DNA from: Phoronis australis
Taxonomy: Eukaryota; Animalia; Phoronida
NCBI GenBank assembly: GCA_002633005.1
Contig: NMRA01000174.1
Span: 530,832-594,831 of the forward strand
Length of the DNA stretch: 64,000 nucleotides
Direction: 5' to 3'
The position numbers were made by a program, and so were the translations under genes. This document shows positions 1 to 11,600 of the stretch, piece by piece. The notes under the pieces were generated by a model. It searched no databases. It was not told the origin of the DNA and saw only the letters and a list, made by a program, of their open reading frames with translations. Each line of letters begins with the position of its first letter. Position 1 is the stretch's first letter.

Positions 1-689
1 GGACCAGGTCAGCTTTTTGTGTACTCTCAGTGTACATCTGGTCCCTCTGCAAACTAGTCCAGTGTATCTTTTCACCACTGTGCACAGGATGTTTTGGTTT
101 CGTGAAACTGTTTTCAGATGATTTGTTTCCTGATAGATTTGACGTTTTTCAATTGTTGTCAACGTGATTCAGCTTAATAAAGTGATACCTAATTATTTAT
201 TGTCGCTTTTAATAATAGACTATGAGTTGAGAGCACCATCGTTCGCCAGTTTTTCTCGTAACGAGACAGAACACATGTTTATTTCCGGACTAACAGTACA
301 GGTCTTCGTTCTTAAACAATTTGAGGCTGCTGTTACGAGATCATCTGATATTCAAGTTTTTACGCCCCGTCGGTGCTCCTTAATTATGCTCTTGAATATT
401 TGGAAATTGTCTAAACCCCTGAAAACACACCAACCTTTTTCGTATACGACTTTTCGTATGCTAAAAAAGGTGTGTGTAAGCAGATGTTCCAACAAAAATT
501 TTTGGTGGTGGTGTGACTCATACCCAGATGTGCACAATATGGTTTCACGAAACTTATGTGCCAAGTTCATGTGACGAAATCGAGAACGGTTTTTAGTTAT
601 CTTAAGAAAAACTCCAGAGACATGTTAAGTGACAGAAACTTACCAGGATGCATGGAAATTTCACTATTTGGCTACAAGAACAAAAAATA

Positions 690-806
690 TCTTACACGGG
701 AGGGAAAACCCCTCCCGACCTCCCCCCGCTCGGCGCTACGCGCCTGGGATTCGACCTTGGCGGGAATCCTAAACCCCCCCTTGCTGAAAACGTAGATCCG
801 CCACTG
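690..806. mobile_element. Terminal fragment of a non-autonomous DNA transposon (hAT-like end ...GATCCGCCACTG)
   Basis: GC-rich island with C-runs ending in GTAGATCCGCCACTG; partner terminus not seen. Confidence 0.35.
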
Positions 807-1242
807 CAACTAAAAACTCATACTCCGTAAGTCACAGCTTGGATATTATGGTTCCTGGTGGGCGATCTTTCCCCACAGTTGCCCTATAATTCGGTAAAAG
901 CCTAGGTCACGCTTACCCGTTTAGCAGACTCGGAAAGAAGTTTTCAAATTTCCCTCCAATTGAGGGTTGTCGAGGCATTATTTTGTTTCAGACAATTGGA
1001 TGGGGAAAGTCATTTTTAATATCTGTAAATGGACCAAAACCGGTTCGTTGTGCTTTCAAGGGATATTAAGATTTTATGAGAATAATATAATGTCGAATTC
1101 GATTCAGTTTGCCAGCTAAACAGGGCAAAATGCAGCTACTCTTCTATAGGCAAAATATGCGCCATTGAATTTGGTCTAATTTTACAAATATTCAGATTTT
1201 CAAAATAAAACCAAGAAATGGAAGACGTATCATATCAAAAAC

Positions 1243-1615
1243 GCTAACTGAAACGAACTCGAATTTATTTTTGGCAATTTCTGTGCGAACTCAAGATAAG
1301 TTGTAATTAGACTGTGCTCGAATACATTATAGTTTACGCATACGAGTTTCAAGACCAAATTTGTACTTTATGACCCTTATATTCGTGCTACAAAATTGAG
1401 TAAAATCTCGAAATTTCGAGTTCAAAATCGAACTTTTAGCCTTAATGTTGAGTTTATCAACTGCAAACTAGGACTAAAAATTTATCTACGTAAGTCATTA
1501 TGTACTCGAGCATAGAATAAGACATTTATCTTGAGTTCGCACAAAAGTAATGTTAGAAAATGCCAAACATAATTTCGAGTTCCATTTCAAGTTAAAAGAT
1601 TAGAACCCGGCCCTG
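1243..1615. mobile_element. Foldback MITE
   Basis: Perfect 18-bp inverted repeat TGTGCGAACTCAAGATAA (1282-1299 / 1526-1543) within longer imperfect arms; right end AGAACCCGGCCCTG. Confidence 0.65.
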
Positions 1616-2676
1616 GACCAATTTGGTCAGCTACAGCTACTATATTGGTCTCAATTTGATCCATTTCCAACGAAAGACTGGATTGGGAGATTTTTGTACT
1701 GAAGGAGAACTGACAAATCATGCAGACATCTGAATTCCTTGGCCGGGTAGTGGGTTAGCGTTTCATTGGTCGAAAGGCAACTGGGGAGGCACCAAGAAAG
1801 GATTTCTCTGTTGATGTTTTATAATTAAGCATAGGAACGTAATAACATTATTTTACAATCTGACAAATTCATCTCTGCACTGAGACAGGTATTTTTGACA
1901 GCAAAGCCTGATATTGCAGGGCTTTTGACTAAAGTCGAAAGGAAATTCTCGACTTTTAAAATTAATTCACAAAATTGAAGCTAAAAAAGAAAACTGTAGT
2001 GAAATGATCTAAGACAACACATCTAAATCATACTAAACACTTGCATACCACAGCTACAAAAACAGGGCAATGTAACCAAATATTTTTTCATTTATGTGGA
2101 ATAAAATAACTTAGTAATGGAAAAATATGTATATTTTGTCCTGCATTATGTTCGAGTGTTTGCTCGATTTAAGTGTGCAGAATTTTCATTAATGATTAAC
2201 CAAGGTAGATTTAGCAGTATTGTAAGGGATGAAAGAATTTGACAAGAGTGTAAGAGGATATATAAATATGTAAATCTTGAAGCGGCCTAACCAACAGGTG
2301 GCGTGCAGATCAGACTTAAAATGTTTGTGAACTGTAACAGGAGTAAATAAATACATTTTTACTGGAATATCCTCAGTATGGAGACACCGGCAAGAGATAT
2401 TTACAGGACGTTTCTTATGTTAGCCTAGGAAGTTTTGTGCACCTCATCCAATTCTAATAAGGGTGGTAATTTAAAAAACATAAGTAAATACAGAAAAGAA
2501 AAGACGATATTATGTAATTTACAAAGTATATTGTAATTGCACAGGATGATTTTATGAACTTAGTTATTGACAGTTATAACATACATGGTATAATAGAGGC
2601 TGGTGGATTCTACAAAAAAACATATATGTGTGTGTGTATATATAAACATAAATGCACATCTAGAGACATAAATTGC

Positions 2677-3470
2677 AAAAACAACAGCAATGCCAAGCCT
2701 TGAAATGCGCCCAGGATTGTACCCCAAATAGTCTGCTTCTAGGGGTGGTTATTAGTACCATACAAAATGGCCATTGGATAGCACAGAATATGTCAAACCT
2801 GTCTGAAAAATGGGAAGGTGTAGACATCTCTCTAATGCTAAATTATTTGCCAAATTTCATGAAAATCGTCACAGAACTCCAAAGATAAAGAGACAAATAA
2901 AAAAAAAATTGCCACGGAGGCACAGTGGTCGTCAAATTAATAAGAATACACTCGCCAAACTTCAAAAATATTTGCAAGGGGATTAGAATATACAGACACA
3001 GATTTGAAAAAATGTCACCTGTCTGAAAATCCATGTCAGTCCTACTCTTGGAACACATCTCCCAATTTTCATAATGATCCTCTGAGTGATGTTGCAGATA
3101 CAGAGGCAGACGGCAAAAACAGACTTGAAAATAATAAAAATGGCTACTAGGTGGCACTGAATATGTTGATTACATTTCAAAATGGAAAGGTTTTTTCGTC
3201 TTTAATGGAAACCTATTTACCAAATATCATGAAAATCCATTAATGAACACCGAAGATATAGAAGCTAAAATAAACAATTAAAATTGCCACAAGGGGGCAC
3301 AACAGCAGTAGACAGATAGGTCCGAAACTTATCGTCATCTGTTGTGACCTTCATAGGACACATTTGCCAAATCTCATTAAAATCCTAATACAGGAGCAGA
3401 CGCCAGATTACCCAAGCCTGGACAAAGATTATGGCAATATGCACCCACATAATGTATACGTGGGCGCATA
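2677..3470 (+). mobile_element. Non-autonomous repeat with internal repeats and 3' hairpin (Helitron/Helentron-like)
   Basis: Five variants of CCAAATTTCATGAAAATCC (about 2850, 2955, 3062, 3220, 3367); terminal stem-loop TGCACCCAC...GTGGGCGCA. Confidence 0.45.
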
Positions 3471-4270
3471 AATATATTAGGTAATGCAGATGTTTCATAA
3501 ATAATTTATGAAATAAGTTATACAAACATCTTAGTAAAGTCAATTGTCTGTTTCAGTGTCAGCCACAAATTCCCCTGGGAGCTCATTTCACTATAAAGTT
3601 CTTGCTTCAACTTTAACCTATGACAAAACCGAAAGTTAAGTCTGTGTTCCACTAAAGATAGAACTTGGGAGGTTCTTTGCTCATTTTAATCTCACAGATA
3701 AATCATAGCTAAAGGTGCCACAGGTGTAAATCAAGATTTCCGACCAAAAATGTCAGTTGTAAGTCCTTTAGTGAAACCGGACCTATTGCACACTTACATG
3801 GTCCAATGAAATGTACATGACAACATGTACAACACAGCAAAAATACATCTTGAAAGATCCCACAATAGCCTGCCAAAGTGCAAGTAAAATTGAATTATGC
3901 CTAGGAAACTTCTTAAACAATTAGACAACATCCTGCAACATATAAAGTCCTATTTCCATTGATTTTGTAAGATCAAGGAAATGCTACATAACAAAATTAA
4001 AGAGCGTCACCAAAATGCTGTACATTTGACTGGGAATGTAACTTCTGCATGTTTGAACAAGACAGTTTTGAGCGGCAGAAATGTTCATCTGATGATCGCA
4101 GAGATAATTAAAAGTTGTTGAAGATCTCCTTCACTAAATAATAACAGTCCCTTGCCATCACTTCTGCAGGTGTTGAGTCTCTTGTGCAATTCAGTGCCAA
4201 TTTACCTCAGCAGCCAAGAGTGACATAATGAGTGCATGGTAGCTATGAGTAACAATCCCTGTGGTACAGC

Positions 4271-4489
4271 TTAACATAAAGGTTTGGAAGACGCTACATT
4301 CTGAGCACATGTAAGAGGCAGCTTGAAACCACGTTCTAATAAGTTGACCAGCTCGTTGAGACAGTCACAGCATGCAGAGAAGGGACTGATCAGCAGATAC
4401 CAGATAGCACAGAAGAATCCGATTGGCCAGCCAACTATGAGGAGGATCAGAATCCACACAATGCTCCACAGCCAGCTACAATCTGCCAT
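4271..4489 (-). CDS. 72-aa Cys-rich small membrane protein (uncharacterised; one coding exon, upstream 5'UTR exon)
   Basis: ORF MADCSWLWSIVWILILLIVGWPIGFFCAIWYLLISPFSACCDC...KPLC has a long hydrophobic stretch then an amphipathic helix. Minus-strand acceptor ttctattcacag lies 13 nt upstream of the ATG (exon starts 4502); donor gtaagta at 4967. Confidence 0.8.
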   Translation of the reverse strand: MADCSWLWSIVWILILLIVGWPIGFFCAIWYLLISPFSACCDCLNELVNLLERGFKLPLTCAQNVASSKPLC

Positions 4490-4967
4490 TGCAGTCTACT
4501 GCCTGTGAATAGAATCAACACTAGTAGACTTCGATAAGCACTGCATGGACTCTAGAGTTAACTGGTTAAATACCGTACCCTGTGACACAAAACACCACCC
4601 CAATATCACAACTAGTATGCAAGATTGACAAGATTAAAAATCAAATTCTACTACAGGCTTCACACTTTCAGTAAATGCACACAGTTTTGCAGAGCTAATT
4701 TCTATATATTTGGCTAAATATGTACAGGCATGTATGTTCATAAGGTCCTACTAGAACGTAGGCCTAACAAACCATAGCCTACACACTACACAGAGGACGA
4801 GGTAACACAGAAGACCTGGGTCTGGGATCCCGTGATTGATGTGGCGGTGACCGTGAAACAGCTGATCAGAGGAGTTTGCACAAACCTATGCTATACGTAT
4901 TGTAACCACACACTCTCAAGAGTACTTGAACGACTAAATCAGCAAGTCAACGTGACACAGTACTTAC

Positions 4968-5410
4968 GCCTTTGACGCGGATTCAGACTTCACAAACCCT
5001 CTTCCCGTCGTCTCAGATTTATCCACACAGGCGAGTCTCCACAGGCCGGAGTCCAACTTGAATAGTTCGAGCCTCTGTCGATAGGCTTAAAAGTGCATTG
5101 TGGGAAGAAGTTGTCAAGGTCCAAGATGGTGGACGTCAACAAAATTCCGAGACCGCTTGGTTGCACAATGTCCATTTGAGGGTATTTTTTTCTATCTAAT
5201 CGAGTACTGCTACATTTCTTCGCCACGAATTTTCTTCACATACTCATTGGCTTGTTATCGTACAGAGATGTACTTTTACTATATAGACAAAAAGTGCATG
5301 CAACTTTTACAAATTTACAGTAAAAGAAAACGTTTGAATCAACGAATATTCCATTTGTGAGAGTTAAATCAAATCCTATTCAGAGCATAACTTTGAAGTG
5401 GAATAATGGG
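4968..5410. promoter_or_regulatory. Probable bidirectional promoter and divergent non-coding first exons
   Basis: Bounded by a minus-strand donor (gtaagta, 4967) and a plus-strand donor (GG|gtgagt, 5411). Locally more CpG than the introns; ATTGG (CCAAT) at 5246-5250. Confidence 0.5.
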
Positions 5411-6216
5411 GTGAGTACAACAACAAGCCGGTTTTATGCTTAGGCGGACGACCATTGGATTCCCTAGTATATTGAAAACTGGAGGCTTAAGCGCTTCTTC
5501 TATAATTGACTCTAACAGAATACGTATGGTTGAAATGGTTCAACTGATGTGTTGCACTTTTTCAATGGAGAATTTTCAATTGTTGGCTATGCCATTGAAT
5601 TTCAGGTACTTATTATTGGAAAGTAGTTGCTTTTTAGCCTATTCTAAGTTCTTCCTAATTTGCAATTTCGGCCATGGATTAAAAAAAAAAAAAAAACTGG
5701 TTAGTGCACCAACACTGCCACAGGGGCAAGTGTTGGTAGTCTTCATGTATGAATTGTCAACTGATAGTTATCTGGTGATTACTTTTGAGTGCTAAAAATA
5801 TACTGAAACCCAGAAAGGCTATAGGTTCAGACTTGCCATTAATTAAATCTTCATTCTTTTCTGACATTCTTAGATCCTATACTCTTGCAGTTTAAAAGTT
5901 AAATTCAATCCCATTACCAGTACAATATACATGACAGCATGTTAAAAATCATCTAGTCACAGTGGCCATGTTTTCTTACAGTCAAGGTTGTAACTTTTTT
6001 GGTTGGGACCTGTATTTTGCATGTTTAGTACAATAATGAAAGGGAGATAATTGCAGTTTTTGCAGTGTCTTTATATTCAATCTATTATTCACAGTCAACT
6101 ATTTCCATGCTTATAGTTTAGCTTGCTTTATTTTATTAATCAAAAAGTAAATCAATTGGGTAGCACTATTATTCAGCCATTGCCTGCTTAGGGCAACCAC
6201 TTGCTGTAAAAATTAC

Positions 6217-7357
6217 ACTGACTCTGACTCTGACTGACTCTGTCTCTAGGCATTGTCTATCCACTGCAGGATGTAGCCCTCCGACAATGCCTTCCAATTT
6301 ATTCTGTCTCTTGCCGCTCTCATCCACGTTGTGCCTCTTGTCTTCGCGATGTCATCTCTACATCTGGCTAGGAGCCGTCCTCTTGATCTCTTTCCATATC
6401 TGGGTTGCTACTCTGTGCGTCTTTTTGTCCATCTGTTGTCATGTACTCTGGTGACATGTCCGCGCCACCTCCATTTCAATTTCAGAATTGCCTCGATTAA
6501 GTCCATGACTCCAAGCATTTTTCTCTCCATTGCACTCTGTGTTGTTCTTAGCTTGGCAATTGTCTATTTTGTTAAGGTCCATGTTTGGCATCCATAGGTG
6601 ATTGTGGGGATGATGCACTGGTCAAATACTTTTATTTTCAGGGATGTGGGTATGTTCTTATCTTGGAATATTTCTCTGTTTTTTCCAAAGCAACTCCATC
6701 CAGTTCTTATTCAGATTTGTATTTCATTGATCGTACGGTTTCCCATTTCTATAGATTGTCCCAGGTATTCATATTGTGTGACTCACTCAATGATCTTGTT
6801 CTCCACCGTTACCTGTTCATCTGTTCCAAATTTGTCATGTACTTTGTCTTGTCTTGTCCTTGTGTATCTTTAATCCCACATTGTTGCTTTCTTCATTCAG
6901 TATATTTAAATTTGTTTCTAATTGTATTATGTCTTCTGTGCACAAATCAACATCATCTGCAAATCTTAGGTCTGTTAGATGTTCTCCGTCTGTGTTTACT
7001 TCCCTTTGAAGGTCTGAAGATTTGAAGATTTCTTCCATTGTCAGTGTAAACAGTTTAGGTGAAATTGGGTCTCCCTGTCTAACTCCTCTCTCTATGTTGA
7101 ATCTTTCAGAGATGTGGTTGTCTATGTGAATTCTGGCGGTGGCATCTGTGTATATATTTTGCAGCAGTTTTACATATGTTTCATTTATGTTGATGTTTTT
7201 TAGGATTTCAATGATGGCAAAGTGTTCAATTGAATCAAAAGCCTTTTCATAGTCTATGAAACCAACACACAGAGGCAGGTTAAATTCGTTACATTTTTCA
7301 ATTGTTTGTCCAAGGGCTTGCAGATGGTCTGCTGTTGAGTAGCTCTTCCTAAACCCT
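6217..7357 (-). mobile_element. 5'-truncated, degenerate RTE-clade LINE (reverse transcriptase C-terminal part)
   Basis: Minus-strand peptides GFRKSYSTADHL, FIDYEKAFDSI, RGVRQGDPISPKLF, LRFADD, GLKIH, ending EGYILQWIDNA*; frameshifts; (CAGAGT)n-like microsatellite tail at 6217-6245. Confidence 0.9.
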
Positions 7358-8335
7358 CAGATATGGTCGGAAGTCCAGACTGTTGTAAAGTTGTCCCTTG
7401 TTCAGAGGTCCATATAACTCACAAGTGAGATGATGTCACAGGATACTACTCGTTGTTGTAGTTGCACTAAATTCTTCTCAATGACTTCCCTCACAGTGCA
7501 CCGATTTGGAAACTTCAAAAACTGGCAACGGGTATTTGTCAATTTTGAGATCAATTCGAATGGTCAGTTAAGTTTAGTGCTCCTTTTGAAACTTCCACAT
7601 TTGACAGGTACGTGCTACTTACAAGGGCATTAATGACAAGTTATGTACTGTTCCCATTGACCATGCAGCCCAGTTGCAGGTCATTTGGCATTAGTCATTC
7701 TTTGATACACCAATAGACCAGCTGAAATGCAGAGGGATAATTGTACCCTGATTCAACATTACACGCTTGGTTGAAGTAATGACATACAATTGATACAGTG
7801 ATCTTCTATGAATGTTATTCTTCCGAAACTCATCATTAGGTGAAATATTGAAAATCAAAGAGTGGGTAAAACATGAGTCATCACCATTCAGGTTATGTAA
7901 GGTTATCCTCTCATGATTCCACTTAGGTCGTATCAGTTAGGCTGGTAGCCATATGTTTTTGGACAGTGTGACGGAGTCACGGTCGACTCAGATTTAAAGC
8001 TTAAGTACAAGTTGTAACATTAATATTTCTGGGCCAATTCTGAATGTTTTTTTAAAATTGAGACAGAGACACCCAATTTAAACACAAAAATAGGTTGAAG
8101 CAATACTTCAGTACAGTTACGCTAAGTTGTTAAAAAATTTTGAGGTTCTGAGTCAGGTTCTCTACATTTTCATTCACCTGGATGCCACAATGTCCAGGCA
8201 TAAAAGCATTGAACATTGTAATATAGTGAGGTACTGTAGTCGTGATTAATACATAATGTAAAATATTTTAATATAATTTCAATTCTTCAACTCAGTTGTA
8301 TTGTGTCATTTTATTTTCTGAAATTTTTAGACGAA

Positions 8336-8689
8336 ATGAACAAGTATACAAACCTAGCATCCAGGGAAGGCTCTGCGCACAGCTATGCCAGTACCTACTC
8401 TGATGGTTCAGGCTACCTTCCCCCGGAGAATAGCCGACAGGACAGAACCCGGGGCACAACACAGAATGGTCGCCGACCGCCTAGCTTTGCAGAGGAGCTC
8501 GACAACCCGGACAGGCTGTCCAGAATGAGCCAGACTACCCTGAACAAATTCAAGAATCACCTAGAGAAAACAAAAACGAGAGGCATACAGCTGATGAATG
8601 ACCTTTATGACACACCTGGCAAATCTGAGGTGATCTTACAGAGCAAGTACCCTAAACTGCCAAAAATTGGACAAGACAAAGAGTATGGT
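8336..8689 (+). CDS. DNAH14: DNAH14-like exon 1 (first coding; acceptor at 8330)
   Basis: tttttag|acgaaATG; [12 protein letters not shown]...KEYG|gtaagt, phase 0. Confidence 0.7.
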
Positions 8690-11600
8690 GTAAGTTGGGA
8701 GTCTAAGTTGGACGAAGTTACTGATTCTTCTTGTTTTAGACAGTATTTGTGTTGGCAATGCACAGATGTCTGTGTTCTCTCCAGTGGTAGTTTTGTTATG
8801 GCTGTACTATACCAACTATGTTATTAATATTCGTTTTTGTAGAATATAATTCCAACTTTTCACCAAAATTTTACTGTTCTAAATTGCTGAAGATTTTGCT
8901 GTGGAGCAACTTGCTGTGGATTATCTTTACTTTTTGTTTTTTATTCCAGTTGTCACCCAAACCTCCACCCCCTCGATCAGCTGGTCCTCACGGGAGCGCT
9001 CTTAGAACCACGATGTTCAAGAGAGACTACAAGAGAAGAAAGGATTTAATAAAGGCCCGATTACAGCGAGCTGACAGCAGTGATGCTCTGAAACTAACTG
9101 TCAATGTGTAAGAGGCTTTGAGCTAAGCATTTTCCTTCTTTAAGAATGGTGGAGACAAAAAGCTATGAGCTCAGCCAGCTACCCAAAGTTCCAATAAGCT
9201 AAGCACTTATCTCAATGCTGGTTACTTGGAAACTTAGCATACAGTAACATCTCTCCAATTTAGGATCCAATAAATTGAACAGTAAAATGTTATACTTATT
9301 TTTTTGTAAAAGATACGAATCACCAAAATAATGCTTTGCCTTGTTCAGTTTCTGTACCGTAGCTGCCAACATGTAATAATTTGTAAACTTAGAACTTGCC
9401 GCAATGTTAAAAGTTCTTGAAATAGAAAAAAGGGCAATTGTGACAGATATTTTTATCCGAAAGTGGTGAGATTTTACCATGGTGTTAGTTGAAATGTGCC
9501 TGCTCTACAATTTCACTCAGTTGCTGTCTTATTTTCAGGTCTTGACGTGAGCTATTTACTTAAATGCCTTTTGCGATAACTGTGTCTTGAATTTCTTAGG
9601 AGCATTACATGCTGAGAAATTTACATGTCACATACATTCCATTGTACTGTTGCATCATATGTTTACAAAGATATTTTTATGAAATGTGTTGTTATTGAAC
9701 AGTAGTTGCTGCTGACAGTCTTTTGGCTGGCGTTTAATGATCTTCATTGATCTACCTACCAAGGTTTCCTGTTGAAAACTGAAGTGCCGTCCAATTTAAA
9801 AGTTGAACAAATGACGTCTGAATATTCTCCTATTTGTGTTTAATTTGATTTTCATATTATTTAATAATTTATTGTATTATCTGAGATCAAATCTAAGTAT
9901 ACAGATTGTTTGTTAAATTTTACATTCTCAAGTGAAAGGCTTCTTCCAGTTTCAAGGAGTCGATTTTGGCAGCAGTTTTTTTCTACTGTATGAATACAAT
10001 AAGCCAAAATGTCAATGTAACAAATCAACACGGCAAGAGTCGTTAAAGAGGTGTGCTGTCTGTTTACCATTTTTTGTATTTTCAGTCTTCTAGTGAATTT
10101 GTTTCTTTGCTCCATTTGTGTTCATGGTGATACAAATCTTTTCATTGTTTTGATTGAATTTTACAGCCTTCACCGTCCTGCTGAAGTCGAGCCTATAGAA
10201 CGTGCTATGTCTGAGTCTGAAATTACATCTGTTCTAGCAGATGACATAGTCAGTGGTAAGAAATCTTTTGAGATTCAGTGATGCGTAACTGCTTCGTTAT
10301 GTGTGTGAACAAAATTTACCAGGTCAAAACCATTCCACAATCTGCTTTTTTCCGAATTGAAATTACTTGAGCAAAGTTTTGACGGCAATAAAAGATTGTT
10401 TTCAGCTCATCAAAGCTATGACAAAATTGAGCTTAGTGGCGTATCATCAACATCGCAATAAGTCACTGTACTTTAGTGACATTTCGTGCAGCTTACAAAT
10501 TAGACAGTATAAACTAGTGGGATATCATACACCTCTCAATAAGACGTAACCTAGTGGCTTTTCATGTATATCACAATAAGCCAGTGTAGCTTTGTGGTAT
10601 ACCGTGCACCTTGCAGACAGTGGATCCTTTGGACACATATTGCACTTGGCAATAAAATGTAGACCTCTCATTAGGACCATTGCTCCCCAGCTTCTTGTTT
10701 CACCTGCATTATAGATTATAGACAATCAGTATGATGATCTCGGCCATCAGTGTCATGTAGTTTATAACTATAAGTATTTTTTTCAGATGACTTAGATCCG
10801 ATGAAGAAAAAAGTAGCCTTCGCTGAGGAGGTGGAGACAGCAGTGACACCTATCATGGACCACAGACCTCTTGTGGGCACTCCCATCATTGATGATGACA
10901 TGGAGTCAGTAAAGTCGGGGGGCACGGCACAAAGTGTAGAAAGTGAAGGTACAATGCAATTGCAGTTATAATATTTGTGTACGATAAGCCTTAAAATGTG
11001 AATTATTTTCAGTCAACTAAATAAATTTGCCTGATGAGTTAAGCCATGGTTATAAACTTTAAAGTGCGGTTGGGATTTTCCAAGACTCACAAAACTGGCA
11101 ACTTCAACAAGTTTGAGACAGTTCAAGATGACAAAGTTTCTACCTAAGATCTTATACAGTCAGTTGTGCCATTATTTCTTCTGAAAAAAAAACAAAATAG
11201 AACAAGATTCACCTTTGCATACACATCCCAACATAAAAGTCTCACTAGTTGGGAGCCTGTGTTGCGCTCCCATGATCTCTCTTTAAATATCAATATCCTC
11301 AAATAACCAGGTGCGTTCTGCCCTTGTCAGAGGTTTTTACTGGGTTTATGGAATTTTAGAGCTTGTTGAATGTTTCACATCATAATACAGTGATGGCAGA
11401 ATGCATTTGAGTGTTCAGTCATATTTACTGTAGTTTTCTGAGCTGAAGGTGTTAATCCTTTTCATCTGATGGCGATCATGGCAGTTGGCTTTATGGACAT
11501 GAAAACTGATGTTTGTGCCATCTGATACTGAAAATTTGTGTTCTTCATTTGTTGTGATGAAGTGATTTCCCACCACATCTTCACCTCTTATCTTAGAATA

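Noticed and set aside
4795-5400. RFX X-box or FOXJ1 sites expected in a ciliary promoter
   Set aside because: Only partial matches (e.g. GTGACCGTGAAAC near 4848); not convincing by eye.
7430-7607. ORF ending at a donor (ACAG|gtacgt) in phase with exon 1, a possible alternative first coding exon
   Set aside because: The peptide is not protein-like, it lies next to the LINE, and no acceptor links it in frame to the 5406 ATG; unsupported without cDNA.
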